Positions 60,710 through 64,000 of a stretch of DNA of 64,000 nucleotides are shown in pieces. Made by a program: the position numbers and the translations under genes. Below the pieces are notes generated by a model, which did not search any database, was not told the DNA's origin, and saw only the letters and a list, made by a program, of their open reading frames with translations. The DNA is taken from the NCBI GenBank assembly GCA_002723415.1, contig PBOA01000031.1, positions 23,991 through 87,990 of the forward strand, written 5' to 3'. Each line of letters opens with the position of its first letter. Position 1 is the first letter of the stretch. The stretch is from Chloroflexota bacterium (lineage in GTDB: Bacteria; Chloroflexota; Dehalococcoidia; Lucifugimonadales; GCA-002723415).

Positions 60710-62002
60710 CTGAAATTTGAACAACTAAAGCTGAATAATAACCTTCTTTCTATTATAAATGATGTGGGACATAAATACCCAACACCAATCCAAGAAAAAG
60801 CTATTCCGATAGCCTTGCAAGGCAGAGATGTTTTGGGTTTAGCTCAGACTGGTACAGGGAAAAGCTTAGCATTTATATTGCCTATAATTCAAAGAATCAC
60901 AGATCAAAAAATTTTGCCTGGAGTAATAAATTCTCTTATTTTAGTTCCTACAAGAGAACTTGCCGAACAAATTTCACAGACTATTGCTAAGTTTACCTCA
61001 AATACTAAAATTAAGACTGCTACAATTTATGGTGGAGTAAGTAAAATTCCTCAAAGCAAATTATTACGTGGTAAATCTGAGATTATTGTAGCTTGTCCAG
61101 GGCGCCTACTTGATCATATTAGAGATAATAGTGTCAATTTAAGTAAATTAGAAATCTTGGTTTTGGACGAGGCAGATACGATGTGTGACATGGGGTTTTT
61201 ACAAGATATTAGACGTATAATATCTTGTTTACCTAAAAAAAGACAAACATTATTTTTTGCTGCAACTATGCCAGATGAAATCAGAGTTTTGGCAGATAAT
61301 ATCCTTAATAATAATGTAACAATAGAATTGGATATAAAATCTCCTGTTAAAACAGTTTCTCATGTTCTTTATCCAATTAGTAGTAGGCTTAAAACTAAAT
61401 TATTAATACATATTCTTAAATATACTGCTACAGGTCAAGTTATAATTTTTACACGTACTAAATTCAAAGCAGAAAAATTAACTCAAAAAATTTCTAAAGC
61501 TAAATATAAAGTAGTATCATTACAAGGTAATATGTCTCAAAATAAGCGTAATAGGGCTATTGAGGGATTTAGGAATGGTAAATTTGATATATTAGTTGCT
61601 ACGGATCTTGCTTCACGTGGTTTAGATATATCTGCCGTTTCACATGTTATTAATTTTGATATTCCTAATACAGTTGATATATATGTGCATAGAATTGGTA
61701 GAACAGGTAGAGCTCAAAAAGATGGTAAAGCTTTTACTCTAATTGTTCCAGAGGATAAATTATTAGTTAAAAAAATAGAATTAGTGTTAGGTAAAACTAT
61801 TGATAGATTTAAATTTCCAGATTTTGATTATAATTTAGCTCAAGATAACTCTGATTCAAAGAATAATAAACATAAAAATTTCAAAAATATTGATAACAAT
61901 ACTCATTCTAATAATAAACATAATGATTCTGTAGATTCAAAAAATACATTTGTACCTAGACTTGCATCTCAAAAAACTAGAAAAAGAAAAAGAAGAAAGT
62001 AA
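60710..62002 (+). CDS. DEAD-box RNA helicase (RhlE-like), probable CTG start
   Basis: AGGAG(60699-703), 6 nt, then CTG AAA TTT GAA. Q-motif PTPIQ, AQTGTGKS, DEAD, HRIGRTGR and a basic C-terminal tail. Confidence 0.93.
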   Translation: MKFEQLKLNNNLLSIINDVGHKYPTPIQEKAIPIALQGRDVLGLAQTGTGKSLAFILPIIQRITDQKILPGVINSLILVPTRELAEQISQTIAKFTSNTKIKTATIYGGVSKIPQSKLLRGKSEIIVACPGRLLDHIRDNSVNLSKLEILVLDEADTMCDMGFLQDIRRIISCLPKKRQTLFFAATMPDEIRVLADNILNNNVTIELDIKSPVKTVSHVLYPISSRLKTKLLIHILKYTATGQVIIFTRTKFKAEKLTQKISKAKYKVVSLQGNMSQNKRNRAIEGFRNGKFDILVATDLASRGLDISAVSHVINFDIPNTVDIYVHRIGRTGRAQKDGKAFTLIVPEDKLLVKKIELVLGKTIDRFKFPDFDYNLAQDNSDSKNNKHKNFKNIDNNTHSNNKHNDSVDSKNTFVPRLASQKTRKRKRRK

Positions 62003-62006
62003 TTAA

Positions 62007-62732
62007 TTAAGTATTTAATTGATTAGCTAAATCTTGGAAGTCGTTAGCAATTATGTCAAATTCATTAATATTTATTTTTTCTATTTTTCTATTTTCTCCA
62101 AATTCAAGATTTCTTGATATATACGCAGTTTTCATACCTATATTTTTTGCTGCTCTCAAATCAAATCCATGAGCAGCAACCATCATTACATTTTCTGGGT
62201 TGAGGCGCATTCTATCTAAAGCTTCGATATATACTTCTGGATCTGGTTTGTAGTGTTTAGAATGTTCAGCTGACAAAATATAATCCCATTTAACATCAGA
62301 ATATGCTGACAAATTTTCTAACAAATCAATGTTTGCATTGGATAATGTAGCAATTTTAAATTTTGAATTTATTCTATGTAAACCTTTTTTAACATCTGGC
62401 CATAATTTAAGCCTATGCCATGATTTGTTAAAATTGTCTTTTTCTTCTTCGTTTAAATTATTTATTCCATGATCAGATAAAAGTTTTTCCAATATCATTT
62501 TATGTAAATCATCTATATTTGCCCACGGTAACTCTCCGTATCTAACTTTATTAATATACGGTTTATAGTAGCTTCTCCACAAATCTGCGAATTTTAACCA
62601 GTTGATATTTTGGATGTTTAATTTTTTCGACAAATTTAATCCTTCTAAATTTATAGAATTTCTCCAATCGGCAACTGTACCAAATATATCGAATGTTAAG
62701 GCTTTTATTTGATGAATATTTATATTAGACAT
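62007..62732 (-). CDS. HAD-superfamily hydrolase, haloacid dehalogenase type II-like
   Basis: FDIFGTVADWR, LSNAN, YKPDP and MMVAAH.FDL. Confidence 0.88.
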   Translation of the reverse strand: MSNINIHQIKALTFDIFGTVADWRNSINLEGLNLSKKLNIQNINWLKFADLWRSYYKPYINKVRYGELPWANIDDLHKMILEKLLSDHGINNLNEEEKDNFNKSWHRLKLWPDVKKGLHRINSKFKIATLSNANIDLLENLSAYSDVKWDYILSAEHSKHYKPDPEVYIEALDRMRLNPENVMMVAAHGFDLRAAKNIGMKTAYISRNLEFGENRKIEKININEFDIIANDFQDLANQLNT

Positions 62733-62830
62733 ATAATTTTCTTCTAAAATACTAAATTTATTAAGAATAAAAAAAGTTTACTGAATTAAATATTATAATA
62801 TTTATGTATTATATACCTAGGAGTTAAGTT

Positions 62831-64000
62831 ATGGTAAAAAAATTTCAAATTGTTTTGTTAAATGGCCGTATTATAGACCCTGAAAGTGAATCGGACTATG
62901 TAGGGAATTTAGGTATTGATAATGGTCGGATTCAATATTTGGGAAAAGAATCGATAAAAGGCGATAAAGAAATAAATATCTCTGGATTAGTTATTGCACC
63001 GGGTTTTATTGATTTACATTCGCATGGGCAAGATAGAGAAAATTATTTTTTACAAGCATCAGATGGGGTTACATCTGCATTAGAATTGGAACTTGGAACT
63101 GATGACGTAAATAGCTGGTATGAAGCTAGGTCTAAAATGTCACCTATTAACTATGGAGTTAGTATAGGGCATATTCCAGTGAGAATGGTTGCTATGCAAG
63201 ATGATGCTTATGTAAATATAAAAGGTCAAGAATTTAAAGGAGATACTGTAATACTTCCAGTTGGAAATGCCGCTTATAAAGAAGCATCTCCTAATGATAT
63301 TTCGCTTATAAAATCTATGATTGCAAATGGTTTAGATCAAGGAGCAGTATGTGTTGGATTGGGAATTGCTTATACACCAGGAGCTTCTTGGTGGGAAATA
63401 ATTGAAGTTTTTCGTGTAGCTGCTTCATTTAATGCAGTTTGTCACGTTCATATGAGAGGATGGGGTGCTTCTCCTGGGAATGATGCTATTCAAGGTCTTT
63501 CAGAACTGATTGCTGCTTCTAGTATCACTGGAGCATCACTTCATTTAGTACATATTAATAGTAGTGGTAATGTAATGGTCCCTAAGTTGTTATCAATGAT
63601 AAAAGATGCTTCGAGTAAAGGCTTAGATATAACTACAGAATGTTACCCATATGCTGCAGGAATGACTGGTATTGAAGCCCCTTTATTTGATGAAGGGTGG
63701 CAAGAAAAAACTGGAATGGATTACAAAAATTTAGAATGGCCAGAAACAGGAGAGAGGTTGAATAAAGAAGCGTTTCAAAAATATAGATCTAAAGGAGGAA
63801 TGGTTATTTTACATTCTATGTCACAAGATGTAGTAGATATGGCAGTTGAAAGTGATATAACCATGATAGCTACTGATGGATATATAAAGAATGGTAAAGG
63901 GCACCCTAGAACTACAGGATCTTATTCAATGATATTAGGGAAGTATGTTCGTGAGATGAAGACTTTATCTTTAATTGAAGCAATTAGAAAAATGAGTTTT
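62831..64000 (+). CDS. D-glutamate deacylase-like amidohydrolase (3' truncated; absent from the ORF track)
   Basis: Translated by hand: MVKKFQIVLLNGRIIDPES..PGFIDLHSHGQ..QASDGVTSALELELG, later GHPRTTGSY; open to the window end. Confidence 0.85.
   Translation, partial: MVKKFQIVLLNGRIIDPESESDYVGNLGIDNGRIQYLGKESIKGDKEINISGLVIAPGFIDLHSHGQDRENYFLQASDGVTSALELELGTDDVNSWYEARSKMSPINYGVSIGHIPVRMVAMQDDAYVNIKGQEFKGDTVILPVGNAAYKEASPNDISLIKSMIANGLDQGAVCVGLGIAYTPGASWWEIIEVFRVAASFNAVCHVHMRGWGASPGNDAIQGLSELIAASSITGASLHLVHINSSGNVMVPKLLSMIKDASSKGLDITTECYPYAAGMTGIEAPLFDEGWQEKTGMDYKNLEWPETGERLNKEAFQKYRSKGGMVILHSMSQDVVDMAVESDITMIATDGYIKNGKGHPRTTGSYSMILGKYVREMKTLSLIEAIRKMSF

Noticed and set aside
1-64000. CRISPR array, IS element, prophage, rRNA or riboswitch
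   Set aside because: No regularly spaced repeats, transposase/integrase/phage genes or rRNA; intergenic regions are short, AT-rich and lack recognisable riboswitch cores.

Overview
Gene-dense, AT-rich bacterial chromosome segment (roughly 25-30% GC by eye) with about 60 CDS and one tRNA. No CRISPR array, integrase, transposase or phage gene was seen. Gene content (TIGR03662/TIGR03663 membrane families, R3H-AAA protein, MshA/MshD-like pair, rsmD-coaD-SepIVA-like trio, caa3 oxidase, many orphan catabolic enzymes) best fits a streamlined aerobic marine Chloroflexota of the Dehalococcoidia/SAR202 type; this is inference. Contents: a GT-C/flippase glycosylation cluster, a NuoE/F/G-like Fe-S flavoprotein trimer plus Fpr, mutS, a split D-glutamate cyclase, housekeeping genes (coaD, rsmD, rnc, glyA, folE, tmk, pdxST, gap, eno, thrS-infC-rpmI-rplT), a complete caa3 oxidase/heme a operon, tRNA-Lys(CTT), a GC-richer block with a branched-chain-type ABC transporter, a DEAD-box helicase and two D-amino-acid deacylases. 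The main signals missed by the ORF track are recoding events. Two probable selenoproteins (DsbA-like at 17238, Rdx/SelW-like at 31509) have in-frame TGA at Cys-equivalent positions and SECIS-like hairpins at matched spacing. infC probably starts at ATC and the DEAD-box helicase at CTG, inside an RBS-flanking hairpin. All family calls come from recalled motifs, not database searches.
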